Shown: positions 8,366 through 16,604 of the stretch, one piece after another
How the letters are laid out: each line of letters begins with the position of its first letter
Position numbering within the stretch: the first letter of the stretch is position 1
Assembly (NCBI GenBank): GCA_001029695.1
Contig: CP011211.1
Coordinates: forward strand, 60,001-92,000
Direction: 5' to 3'
Origin: Candidatus Saccharimonadota bacterium
GTDB taxonomy: Bacteria > Patescibacteriota > Saccharimonadia > Saccharimonadales > Saccharimonadaceae
DNA length: 32,000 nt
Position numbers and translations under genes: made by a program
Notes under the pieces: generated by a model
Told to the model about the DNA's origin: nothing
Databases searched by the model: none
The model's input: the letters and a program-made list of their open reading frames with translations, nothing else

Positions 8366-8893
8366 TTATTTGGTTAAAAGAATTTGACATGCCAGGCGTC
8401 CACCTGCTGGATCAACCCATAGCTGCGACGTTCCACCAGGGCAACTGCCAGCCTCTCCGGCAAACCATCCGACGAGCGCTATTTGAGTGGCTGTGTATGT
8501 AGCGTATGGTCCAACAGTGCCTTTAATAGCTAGATTTCCTGGTTTTGGTATAGAGATTACTTTTTGTAGCTCAGTCATTAGAGGGGCATTTAGGCTCTCC
8601 ATGATACTAGTGCCTGGGTAGCTATAGTCACGGCAACGTCGGTCTCCGTTATGGCCTATTGGAAATCCAACGCCAAGACAGTATTGTCCATCTGCCATCG
8701 CTGGATAATTGCTTTCCTGCGCCCTATAGGTTTCAAAGGCCTGCTGCCAAGCCTTTAGTTCACTGTGTCGTTGTGCGTTTTGTGCTCGTGCCTGCACGCC
8801 ACCGAAGGACACGATGGTTATTGCCGCGAGTATTCCTATGACTACGATGACAATGAGAAGTTCAACGATGGTAAAGCCGTGTGTTTTATTCAT
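8366..8893 (-). CDS. type IV pilin (prepilin-type N-terminal cleavage/methylation domain)
   Basis: N-terminus MNKTHGFTIVELLIVIVVIGILAAITIVSF carries the G/F cleavage site, Glu+5 and a hydrophobic alpha1 helix. C-terminal Cys residues are also present. Confidence 0.9.
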   Translation of the reverse strand: MNKTHGFTIVELLIVIVVIGILAAITIVSFGGVQARAQNAQRHSELKAWQQAFETYRAQESNYPAMADGQYCLGVGFPIGHNGDRRCRDYSYPGTSIMESLNAPLMTELQKVISIPKPGNLAIKGTVGPYATYTATQIALVGWFAGEAGSCPGGTSQLWVDPAGGRLACQILLTK

Positions 8894-9001
8894 TGTTTAC
8901 CACTATATAGATAACGATAAGAATTATCAATTTATCTATATCTTTGGCGCCTTGTCTGTGTAGTATAAAACATGGTATGATTGTCTTCGCGACATCGTCC
9001 G

Positions 9002-9352
9002 ATGTCTGTACCTCAACAGAATGGAAATCAATTGAAGTTATTAAGTGATCATCGTAAAGATCGTGGCTTAACAATAAAAGAGCTGGCAGACAGCGCTCGG
9101 CTAAGCCAGCCGACAATCTATAAGATTGAAAAAGGCACTCATTGCCCAAATGAATCAACTGTTCAGCAGCTTGCTGATACGCTTGGTATTTCTGAAAAAG
9201 AGATTTATCTCCCACGAGGAAAAACCAATTTAGGGAAACCTGCTCATGGTGGTGGACGCTCAGGCGTTAGCTCGGATAAACATCATGGCAAACTTTGTGG
9301 CAGCTGTTTTATTGAAAAATCGCTTACAGGCGACTGTTATTGCACAATATAA
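9002..9352 (+). CDS. XRE-family helix-turn-helix regulator with Cys-rich C-terminal tail
   Basis: HTH block LTIKELADSARLSQPTIYKIEKGTHCPNESTVQQLADTLGISEKEIY. Tail is KLCGSCFIEKSLTGDCYC. The track start TTG 8981 overlaps the -10 box TGgTATGAT (8973-8981), so ATG 9002 is preferred. Confidence 0.75.
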   Translation: MSVPQQNGNQLKLLSDHRKDRGLTIKELADSARLSQPTIYKIEKGTHCPNESTVQQLADTLGISEKEIYLPRGKTNLGKPAHGGGRSGVSSDKHHGKLCGSCFIEKSLTGDCYCTI

Positions 9353-9405
9353 TAAGTTTGATTTCTCATAGTAGTTAAGGTAGTCCCTTGAAGTTGAACT
9401 TGTCA

Positions 9406-9436
9406 GAAAAGCTCCTTCGGGGGCTTTTCTTTTTTA
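9406..9436. terminator. rho-independent terminator (usable on both strands)
   Basis: GAAAAGCTCC pairs with GGGGCTTTTC across loop TTCG. It is followed by TTTTTT. Confidence 0.7.
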
Positions 9437-9461
9437 TGCGGAAGTCTTTACTGATGCGCTA

Positions 9462-10043
9462 TCAAGATGAAGCGATATTGTGAATGTGTGCGTCTTCTCG
9501 TTCTTGTGCCTTGAGTAGATTTGAGAATGATGCGAGTTCATTGGATAATGCAGTTTGATCATATGGAGTGGTTTCAGACACGATAAAGTCAGGCTCGCCT
9601 AAAGTAGTAAGGTTTGGCGCTTCTATCGTAGCGCTAACTCTGCGGCGATCTTTTCCGTCGTAACAAATCTCATAGATGGTTGGAATCGGTGTGTCGGTGG
9701 AGCCATCTTGATGGATGACTGTTCCAGTATGTATACGATACGTTTCAGAAAAAGGGATAGTCGTATTTCTGCAATAGGCAATATCAAGCACTTTCTCTGT
9801 AAGCGGCCATGCCCATCCGTTCACCTCATCACCTTCTATATAGCGAAAAGATCTATCAATCCGTACTTCTGTATCGGTCGAACTAACGCGGCTTTCTATC
9901 GATGACCCAATATTGATTGGTGTCGCGATGAGCTCGTCGACAAAATTAGTAATCTTGTTGCATTCAATCAATTTATCTTCTTCTGATTGATGATATCTTT
10001 CAGGGAGGTTGCCATAGCTATTTTCTGCGGAATGGTGAGTCAT
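9462..10043 (-). CDS. hypothetical protein
   Basis: The 193-aa ORF has no signal peptide. TATAGT (10055-10050) lies 6 nt upstream of the ATG. No family recognised. Confidence 0.55.
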   Translation of the reverse strand: MTHHSAENSYGNLPERYHQSEEDKLIECNKITNFVDELIATPINIGSSIESRVSSTDTEVRIDRSFRYIEGDEVNGWAWPLTEKVLDIAYCRNTTIPFSETYRIHTGTVIHQDGSTDTPIPTIYEICYDGKDRRRVSATIEAPNLTTLGEPDFIVSETTPYDQTALSNELASFSNLLKAQEREDAHIHNIASS

Positions 10044-10141
10044 GAATATACTATACGCTGATTACGAAAGATGTAAAATGTATCATCGTATGTTCAGAAC
10101 TTACTGATGTCTATTGTGGCGACAGACTTGCTTAGCACAGC

Positions 10142-11497
10142 TTAGCTAATCTCAATATCTTTCAGTTCAGTGAACTTCGCTGCCATAGTCGGATTACCGC
10201 GAGTTAGGCGTTTGATTGTTAGATCTTCGGCCTTTTGGTTGGCAAGGCGGAGGTTGTTTTCTGATGACAAAAGCGCTTCTTTTGTTTTTTGGAGCTGCAT
10301 GATTGTTTTGTCGATGCCTCCAATGGCATCTTGGAACTTGCGGCTGGCAAGATCGTAGTTGCGAGCAAAGCCTTCCTTAAAGGTATTCATATTGTCTTCG
10401 AAGTTGGTGATGTCGATACTCTGTGCTTTGACGAGTGCAAGCTCTTGCTTGTATTGGAGCGAGTTGAGTGCGGCGTTTCGAAGGAGTGTGATGATCGGTA
10501 TGAAGAACTGTGGGCGGATTACATACATCTTTTCATGGCGATGAGATACGTCGACGATGCCGGAATTGTAGAGCTCACTATCTGCTTCGAGGAGTGTCAC
10601 GAGTACGGCATACTCACACTTTTTCTCAGTACGGTCTTTGTCGAGCTCTTTTAAGAAGTCTTCGTTTTTGTGCTTTGTGGCAGTTTCGTCACCTTCGTTT
10701 TTCATCTCAAACATGATTGAGATGATCTCGTTGCCAGCGCCGTCAGTTTCGCGGTAGATGTAGTCACCTTTACTGCCGCTTCTAGCGTCGTTATCTTTTT
10801 CGAAGTACGCGTTTTGAAACGCTGTGGCGCGGAGTTTGTTGAACTCGGTCTCACAGTGCTGCTCGAGTGTCTCCCCTACCATCTTTGTTGAGAGCTTCGC
10901 CTTCATATCCTTGTAGTAGGCGATCATTTCGTCTTTGGTCTTGAGCTCGGTGAGGTACTTATCCTTGAGTGACGATTCGAGTAGTTGCTTCTCGGTGTCT
11001 TTGTTTTTTAGCTCGTTTGCAAGCTCATCACGTTCACGCTCGACTTTATTTACTACTTCGGTGAGGGCAAGTTTCTTCTCTGTTTCAGCGGCGTCTATTT
11101 TGGCGAGGAGTTTGGCGATTTCTGCGTCTTTTTCTGCCTTTAAGGTGGCAGTTTCGGCTTCCTTTTTCGCAAGGTCGGCCTGGAGCTGATTTTTCGTCTT
11201 GGCTTCAGCGAGCTCTACTGCGCTCTCTTTCTCTTTTTCGAGCATGGTGACGCGCTCTAAGAGTTCTTGCTCCTTGAGCTTTGCCTCGAGTGATTTTTCT
11301 CGCTCGATATTTTCACGTTCCTTGGCGAGTGCTTCGTTGAATGCATCTTTTTTGATAGAGTTAACGACACTCGTGATCGTCGTGGTATCTATATCGGTCT
11401 CGTGGATCGTCTTTAGGTCGATGACGTCGCCTTTTTGTCCGTCTTCTTGCAAGACGAGTGTGTGCTCGTCTTGGATGGATACTTTGATTGTTTTCAT
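10142..11497 (-). CDS. DUF2130-family protein (long coiled coil plus conserved C-terminal region with a D...ExK nuclease-like motif)
   Basis: A Glu/Lys-rich coiled coil spans about aa 60-200. It is followed by blocks I recognise from DUF2130 proteins: [92 protein letters not shown] and [30 protein letters not shown]. Confidence 0.75.
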   Translation of the reverse strand: MKTIKVSIQDEHTLVLQEDGQKGDVIDLKTIHETDIDTTTITSVVNSIKKDAFNEALAKERENIEREKSLEAKLKEQELLERVTMLEKEKESAVELAEAKTKNQLQADLAKKEAETATLKAEKDAEIAKLLAKIDAAETEKKLALTEVVNKVERERDELANELKNKDTEKQLLESSLKDKYLTELKTKDEMIAYYKDMKAKLSTKMVGETLEQHCETEFNKLRATAFQNAYFEKDNDARSGSKGDYIYRETDGAGNEIISIMFEMKNEGDETATKHKNEDFLKELDKDRTEKKCEYAVLVTLLEADSELYNSGIVDVSHRHEKMYVIRPQFFIPIITLLRNAALNSLQYKQELALVKAQSIDITNFEDNMNTFKEGFARNYDLASRKFQDAIGGIDKTIMQLQKTKEALLSSENNLRLANQKAEDLTIKRLTRGNPTMAAKFTELKDIEIS

Positions 11498-11638
11498 ATT
11501 ACCTCGCGTTATCTTTAATCTATTATAACGAACTTGGCAAGAAGTGAATATGCCACGAGATTATTCTTACTAAATAGGAGCGCTAAGCAACACTAGGAGT
11601 TACCTATGAGAAGTCTCGCGTTTGCTTGACATGCTTCT

Positions 11639-11675
11639 TGCTATAATGTTACAGTGTTAAACACTGTAACATTAT
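11639..11675 (+). promoter_or_regulatory. extended -10 promoter overlapped by a perfect 33-bp palindromic operator
   Basis: TGcTATAAT is at 11639-11647. The palindrome spans 11643-11675: ATAATGTTACAGTGTT-A-AACACTGTAACATTAT, with 16-nt arms and a 1-nt centre. SD GGAGGA and ATG 11694 follow. Confidence 0.7.
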
Positions 11676-11693
11676 TTGGCACTGGAGGATAAT

Positions 11694-12374
11694 ATGGGAC
11701 AATTAACTATTACGCTACCCGACACCCTAGAGAGTGAGGTTCGTGGCGCAGTCTCCAAGGGCGACTATGGAAGTGTGAGCGATTTTATTCGCGATGCTAT
11801 ACGATTAGAGCTATCTCAAAAACCACGTTATTGGGAGCGTGTAGGGATTGTGCTGTCTTTAGAAAATAATCTCATGCTCAAAGAACTTGTGGACGAAAGT
11901 AAGCTTGAGAAAAATGAACTGTTAAGCGCGCTTCGCAAGGGGTATTCTTCTGACTATTACGATGTCGAGTATATAGCACAGAGGGGTGAGCTGAGCTCAG
12001 AGGGTTCGCAATTCGTAGTTGATGTATTGAATATGTACTCAGCCCTACAGTATGCGGCTGACGTGCATAATATGAGCGATGAAGTAAAAAAGGAAGTCGT
12101 CTTCCGTGGTTTTGATGGAAATGCAGGTGATGGATATCTGGGATATACAAACTTTCTCGTAGATAACGGAAGCTTCGCGAATGTGAAGCCTCTCGATAAA
12201 GTGCCTCATCTCAACTCGCATAGTATGGTGAACGAGATTTACGAGCGTATGCTTAGTGCATTCAAGCCAATTTTTAAGTCAAAGATTCATGGACCATCTA
12301 GAGATCTTGTACTAACATCAGACGAGGTTCAGCGAGTTGTCGACGAGCAGATCCATCCAGAGAACCGAAAGTAG
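11694..12374 (+). CDS. ribbon-helix-helix (ParD/CopG-like) domain fused to a YfbU-family (UPF0304) domain
   Basis: N-terminus MGQLTITLPDTLESEVRGAVSKGDYGSVSDFIRDAIRLEL fits the ParD/CopG RHH pattern. The remainder resembles E. coli YfbU: VVDVLNMYSALQ..., VVFRGFDGNAGDGYLGYTNFLV and NEIYERMLSAF. SD GGAGGA lies 4 nt before the ATG. The track start TTG 11676 is unlikely. Confidence 0.75.
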   Translation: MGQLTITLPDTLESEVRGAVSKGDYGSVSDFIRDAIRLELSQKPRYWERVGIVLSLENNLMLKELVDESKLEKNELLSALRKGYSSDYYDVEYIAQRGELSSEGSQFVVDVLNMYSALQYAADVHNMSDEVKKEVVFRGFDGNAGDGYLGYTNFLVDNGSFANVKPLDKVPHLNSHSMVNEIYERMLSAFKPIFKSKIHGPSRDLVLTSDEVQRVVDEQIHPENRK

Positions 12375-12403
12375 TTAACGTCTATAGCACGACGAAAAAC
12401 TGC

Positions 12404-12451
12404 CGCCCGCGCTCAGCACGTTGGTGTTTGAGCGCGGGCGTTTTACTTTTT
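12404..12451. terminator. strong rho-independent terminator between convergent genes
   Basis: CGCCCGCGCTCA (12404-12415) pairs with TGAGCGCGGGCG (12429-12440). It is followed by TTTTACTTTTT. The opposite strand also carries a T-run. Confidence 0.8.
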
Positions 12452-12468
12452 ATCAATAGAGTATATTG

Positions 12469-13125
12469 TCAGTCAATTTTTCGTAGAGTATCGATGCTCG
12501 AAAAGATCTCATTGATACTTAGCCGTGCATGGTTTAATCCATCTCCGGCATAGTAGCTTTGCTGCGGGTTATCGCCTATAGCTTTTGGGAGCGCGGCCCA
12601 CTCTTTCGACAGGTTGTGAGCGAATTCTTCACGGCTAAGTTTAGTGTCAATATATTCTCGCAGACCTCTTCGCTCTAGTAATGCGACGGCGAGCTTGTCT
12701 TGGAGCGGTTTGTCAAATATAGCGTTTTGGTCAATTTTTAATTGAGTGACTAGACCGCGAAGCGTAGAGTCTACGAACTGATATCGTCCAACTGCACTAC
12801 TTGCATTTCCCTTTGCTACGAAATCATCTTGCCATGCGAGGACATCTTTTATCGGCATGGATGTAAATAAAATCTGTGAGTTGCTTGCGTTACCAAAATA
12901 CGCATTGTAGTTGTCGTTACTTTCTACTTTTGCGATAGTTGCGAGTAAGTCCGCGGTATATATATTCTTATTATCATTCACCTTTATAAGTATAAACGAA
13001 AAGACAATGACCATGACGGCAAGCGCTGATATGCTTTTTGGCGAAGCAAGAGATTTACGAATATAGCGCCCGTATGTTTTTATGCGGCGAATCAGTGTTT
13101 TGTGTTGTTTATACTTGCGGGTCAC
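12469..13125 (-). CDS. membrane-anchored lysozyme-like / lytic-transglycosylase-like protein
   Basis: The basic N-terminus is followed by a TM segment (ISALAVMVIVFSFILI). The ectodomain has KVESNDNYNAYFG (candidate catalytic Glu), SSAVGRYQFVDSTLRGLV and LQDKLAVALLERRG, which resembles the Lysozyme_like (PF13702-type) pattern. GTG start with TATAAT 8 nt upstream. Confidence 0.55.
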   Translation of the reverse strand: MTRKYKQHKTLIRRIKTYGRYIRKSLASPKSISALAVMVIVFSFILIKVNDNKNIYTADLLATIAKVESNDNYNAYFGNASNSQILFTSMPIKDVLAWQDDFVAKGNASSAVGRYQFVDSTLRGLVTQLKIDQNAIFDKPLQDKLAVALLERRGLREYIDTKLSREEFAHNLSKEWAALPKAIGDNPQQSYYAGDGLNHARLSINEIFSSIDTLRKID

Positions 13126-13170
13126 AAGTATATATTATAGCAAATTTATGTTCACGAGATTAAGCGGCTG

Positions 13171-15255
13171 CTATATAAGAATCCCTAGGCTTGCGAGTAA
13201 TCTACGGACACATTCAATGAGCTGTAGGAGCCAGCTATTGGTTGTTGGCGGCTGAACGGGAGGTGTGACGTATTTAGCAAGTATGGTAGTACCTGGATTG
13301 CCTAGTTCATTTTTTGATGTAACACCAGTAATGCTTAGCTCGACATCAAGAGTTCGATCGACATCTGTTAGATCGAGTGATGTTCTATTGCCTGTGACGT
13401 AGCCAATTTCAACGCCATTTACTGCGATTATCCATTTGGTTGCAAACGTGTCTGCAGGTGTCCAGTTTAATGTAATCGTACTCTTTTGATCTTTAGTTGA
13501 TATGACGTTCGCTGTGATGTTTGTTGGAGCTTTTGGTGTTTGCGGTAGCTCTTTTGTGCCTATTTTCACAAATGCTGAGGCGTTTGCGACAGTACCGTTG
13601 GATGCTGTGAGTCGAACTTGCATAGTGCCATCAAGATTTGCGCTGTATGTGTGGCTGACGATTGGAGTTGTCGTAGTGTACTCAAATGTGCCATCACCAT
13701 TTATATCCCATTCGTATTTAGTGATAGTCGCGTCGACAACATATGAATCCGAAGCGTCATAAGTAACTTCTTTTCCTGGCTCGGCGGAGTATTCAGTGTT
13801 TTTCAGAAGTGCTGTCGGTCTTGTTTCGATTTTACTAAGTGCTTGTGTGAGTGCCGCGACGGTATCGCCAGTATCGATGATCACTTGTCCGGTTGTTTTG
13901 CTTGCGAGCTCATGGTACTGCAGGGTGACTCCTGAGGGTACGACGGGATATACGTTAACTGGATCGATCTCGAGTGAGCGTTTTGCAACACTTTCGACTG
14001 TTGAGCCATCGACACGATCGGGCTGATGAAACCCAGCATCCGTGAGTACGATTGCCGCCTTTGTGGCGCCGTCTTTCCATGCTAGTCCGTCAAATGTTGT
14101 TTTGAGTGCATGAAGGGTTGCTTCGGGCGTATCGCCTCCTCCATCTATAGAGACGGCATCCAATTTTGCGAGTAGCTCAGCAGTGTCACTTTGGAGGCCG
14201 GAGAGGACTTGCGCTGTATAAGCATCTCCACTGTCTCTGTATACGGTAAGTGAGACACGTCCATTGAGTTCTTTAATCTTTTGAGCGGAGTTACGGATAA
14301 ACGTTTTTGCTTGAGTGATTCGGCTACCCATTGAACCTGTCGTATCAAGGACAAACGCGACGTCGAGACCTGTCGTACCAAGTCCTGGCTTTGGCACGCC
14401 CGTATCGATGCCGCTGCCTTGGTCTACCGGAAGACTACCTTTGACTTTTTGAGCAATCTCAATAGCTGCTTTGTCTATAGCGCCACCTTCTCGTTTGTAC
14501 TTACCGTGGCCGGCGGTATCGTAGAGGAATTTTGACGTGCCGCAGACAAAGTCAACTGCGTTACACCATAATCCAGTTTTGCTTGCCATGGCGGTTGGAA
14601 GATAAGGCTTTCGTGCACCGAGCGATCCATTATCAGCATGGCAGTCGCCGATTGTTCGCCGCCAAGACGAAAGGTTTTTGCCACGACAGGCATCTGGATA
14701 AACCCCTTCACCCTCGGGAAGATGTAGCTTTGGGTCGCCGAAGAGCGCAGTAAAGTCAATCTTGTTCTGTATAGTGGACGAGAGCTTCGGAAGTGTCTGG
14801 CCTACTACTTGTGCGCCTTGTGAGTAACCCCCGAGTACGATACGGGCATTGGGGCATTTTTTGTTGCGCTGCTCAAGATAACTGTAGAGCTCTCCGACAC
14901 CAGAATCAACGCTTCTTCCGTAGTCAAACGCGTAACCGGAGGAGGCGGCGGCACCGATAGGATTGCCGTTGAGGGCATTGTCTACATCGATGGCTTGGTA
15001 CTTATGTCCACCGTAAGTTTCGGTTCCGAGTTCATAGTAATGTTTCTCTGTTGGACTTTTAATCCTACCTTCTACTTTTGCTCGAAATCGCTCGGCTTCA
15101 CTTGCCTTTAGGTCTTGTCCAGATCCACGTACGAACACGATCTCTACTTGACTACAGTTATCGTTTACGTTGAGCGCAGATGTACTTTGAGAAGCGCTTA
15201 CTATTAATATGAAAGTGGTGATTATTGATATAAAGATTAACTTAGCTATCTTCAT
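13171..15255 (-). CDS. exported multidomain protein: cutinase-like esterase + vWA (MIDAS) + PKD-like + Fn3-like domains, hydrophobic C-terminus
   Basis: Signal peptide MKIAKLIFISIITTFILIVSASQSTSA. Cutinase motifs VEIVFVRGSGQ, GGYSQGAQV and WCNAVDFVCGT...AGHG. vWA MIDAS motifs DVAFVLDTTGSMGS, GGGDTPE and VLTDAGFH. PKD-like YEWDINGDGTFEYTTT...HTYS. Fn3-like PTNITANVIS...LNWTP. Hydrophobic tail LLASLGILI. Confidence 0.8.
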   Translation of the reverse strand: MKIAKLIFISIITTFILIVSASQSTSALNVNDNCSQVEIVFVRGSGQDLKASEAERFRAKVEGRIKSPTEKHYYELGTETYGGHKYQAIDVDNALNGNPIGAAASSGYAFDYGRSVDSGVGELYSYLEQRNKKCPNARIVLGGYSQGAQVVGQTLPKLSSTIQNKIDFTALFGDPKLHLPEGEGVYPDACRGKNLSSWRRTIGDCHADNGSLGARKPYLPTAMASKTGLWCNAVDFVCGTSKFLYDTAGHGKYKREGGAIDKAAIEIAQKVKGSLPVDQGSGIDTGVPKPGLGTTGLDVAFVLDTTGSMGSRITQAKTFIRNSAQKIKELNGRVSLTVYRDSGDAYTAQVLSGLQSDTAELLAKLDAVSIDGGGDTPEATLHALKTTFDGLAWKDGATKAAIVLTDAGFHQPDRVDGSTVESVAKRSLEIDPVNVYPVVPSGVTLQYHELASKTTGQVIIDTGDTVAALTQALSKIETRPTALLKNTEYSAEPGKEVTYDASDSYVVDATITKYEWDINGDGTFEYTTTTPIVSHTYSANLDGTMQVRLTASNGTVANASAFVKIGTKELPQTPKAPTNITANVISTKDQKSTITLNWTPADTFATKWIIAVNGVEIGYVTGNRTSLDLTDVDRTLDVELSITGVTSKNELGNPGTTILAKYVTPPVQPPTTNSWLLQLIECVRRLLASLGILI

Positions 15256-15266
15256 AGTCGTACTTC

Positions 15267-15749
15267 CTATCTCTCTATATTTAGAATCATAGTTGATTTT
15301 TCATTGTTGTATTTAGAGTAGTTTAAGGTGATTCTGTAGCTATTTAGTGTTGCACTAGCTTCGCATATTTTTAAGCTACTTTCGTTAGTGTTGCCGAGTG
15401 TACAGTTGTCATTGCTAATCTTCATGTTTTTATTATCTAATTGTGCAAATGACTGAAACTCTTTCTGAGTTGATATTTCTTTTTCTAGTTGCCATACTTT
15501 TCTTAATTCATCGCAGTCGGCCTGTAGACAGACGTTGCGTGCAGGATTGATTGTTTCGCTCTCCAGCACCCATTCAGAGCTGGCTTTAAACTGCTTTGCG
15601 GTCTCCTCTAGCTTCGTTGTACTACCAGGTATAAAGCCCCATAAAGTGATGACAATTGTCGCTACTACTAAAATACCAACCGCAACTCCAATCCCTTTGA
15701 GCAAGTTGAGCAACCTACTCTTTTTTGTTGATTCTTGTATGTTTGTCAC
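15267..15749 (-). CDS. single-pass membrane protein, Cys-containing ectodomain, hypothetical (first gene of operon with 13171..15255)
   Basis: TM segment GIGVAVGILVVATIVITLWGF. GTG start preceded by SD GGGGAGGA. An 11-nt gap separates it from the downstream gene. Confidence 0.6.
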   Translation of the reverse strand: MTNIQESTKKSRLLNLLKGIGVAVGILVVATIVITLWGFIPGSTTKLEETAKQFKASSEWVLESETINPARNVCLQADCDELRKVWQLEKEISTQKEFQSFAQLDNKNMKISNDNCTLGNTNESSLKICEASATLNSYRITLNYSKYNNEKSTMILNIER

Positions 15750-15907
15750 CCTGTCCTCCCCACCTAGATTTCAGTAATTAATCAGCATTATAGTCCACTA
15801 TACGGGCATTCGTCAACGTTTTGATGAGTGTTTGCAAATACAAAGGATGTAACTACGAGATTTGAGCTATAGGGGTGTGGTATGGTCTTTTCGTAGCGGT
15901 GGCAAAG

Positions 15908-15946
15908 TGATATAGTGTCTTCTACTAGAGAATCATCGCTCTGGGA
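15908..15946 (+). promoter_or_regulatory. cassette 1 promoter (extended -10 TGaTATAGT) plus conserved leader element GCTCTGGGA
   Basis: TGaTATAGT is at 15908-15916. GCTCTGGGA at 15938-15946 starts 21 nt after the -10 box. A small AGAG/CTCT hairpin is present. Confidence 0.5.
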
Positions 15947-15981
15947 TGTCACATCACCTACTTTCTTTGAGGAGGAAGGTA

Positions 15982-16446
15982 ATGCACTGCGACGTAGTGT
16001 TGACGCAAAGGTACCTTGATCAATTTCAGGAAGTAATCTGTCGATGGGAGATCATCAGCGCTAAGGAATACGAGAGATTTGCGAGAGTGTGGGTTCGGTT
16101 TCTTTACTGTGTTACTGATTATGATGCAGATGTGCCGAGTATCGCTGCTCTTCGTGACTTGGCTTGGATCGACTATAGTGCCCAGCGTATGATAGGACTA
16201 GGTCATAGCCAATGGTCGAGCGCTTTCGAGAACTCACTGCCGATATATAAGGAGCCGAATATCAACGCTTTCTTTATCGGTGAAATGAGGAGCCGTCACG
16301 ATTATATTTCTGAACTCAGAAGCAGTCTTCATCGTGAATACGTTCGAGCTGTGTTTGAGTTTCAGATGGGTAGATATGATGTGTCTATTCAGATAATCAA
16401 AGCGCAGCTCGCACGACTGGAAGTTGTGTACAGCGATGTACTCTAG
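15982..16446 (+). CDS. hypothetical ~150-aa protein, tandem cassette member 1 (alternative start 15946)
   Basis: SD GAGGAGGAAGG lies directly upstream of ATG 15982. No signal peptide or TM segment. The C-terminal motif REYVRAVFEFQMGRYDVSIQII is shared loosely with members 2 and 3. Confidence 0.6.
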   Translation: MHCDVVLTQRYLDQFQEVICRWEIISAKEYERFARVWVRFLYCVTDYDADVPSIAALRDLAWIDYSAQRMIGLGHSQWSSAFENSLPIYKEPNINAFFIGEMRSRHDYISELRSSLHREYVRAVFEFQMGRYDVSIQIIKAQLARLEVVYSDVL

Positions 16447-16449
16447 CGT

Positions 16450-16505
16450 ATCCCGCACCTCTAGCGAAAAAAAGATTTCGCTAGAGGTGCGGGATCTTTT
16501 TATTT
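16450..16505 (+). terminator. rho-independent terminator (20-bp perfect stem)
   Basis: ATCCCGCACCTCTAGCGAAA (16450-16469) pairs with TTTCGCTAGAGGTGCGGGAT (16476-16495). It is followed by CTTTTTATTT. Confidence 0.85.
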
Positions 16506-16517
16506 ATTGCTATTTCA

Positions 16518-16556
16518 TGTTATAATATACTTTAACCAATGAGCGTAGCTCTTGGA
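16518..16556 (+). promoter_or_regulatory. cassette 2 promoter (extended -10 TGtTATAAT) plus conserved leader element GCTCTTGGA
   Basis: TGtTATAAT is at 16518-16526. GCTCTTGGA at 16548-16556 starts 21 nt after the -10 box. A GAGC-gta-GCTC hairpin is present. Confidence 0.5.
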
Positions 16557-16604
16557 GTACATGCAAGTGACTGTCCGTACACTGTTCGATGTTTGGAGGA
16601 TGCT

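Noticed and set aside
8886-9215. 109-aa minus-strand ORF overlapping the XRE regulator gene and abutting the pilin start
   Set aside because: The plus-strand frame encodes a clear XRE helix-turn-helix. The minus-strand ORF would run through the pilin promoter region and has no supporting signals.
10935-11528. Ser/Phe-rich ORFs (84 and 109 aa) on the plus strand inside the DUF2130 gene
   Set aside because: These are the mirror image of the Glu/Lys-rich coiled-coil codons on the coding strand (GAA/AAG read as TTC/CTT). They are a compositional artefact.
11606-11629. 7-codon mini-ORF (MRSLAFA*) with a good SD (AGGAG-N6-ATG) in the DUF2130 / RHH-YfbU intergenic region
   Set aside because: It is too short to evaluate, lies upstream of the mapped -10 box, and has no promoter of its own. 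It is probably chance.
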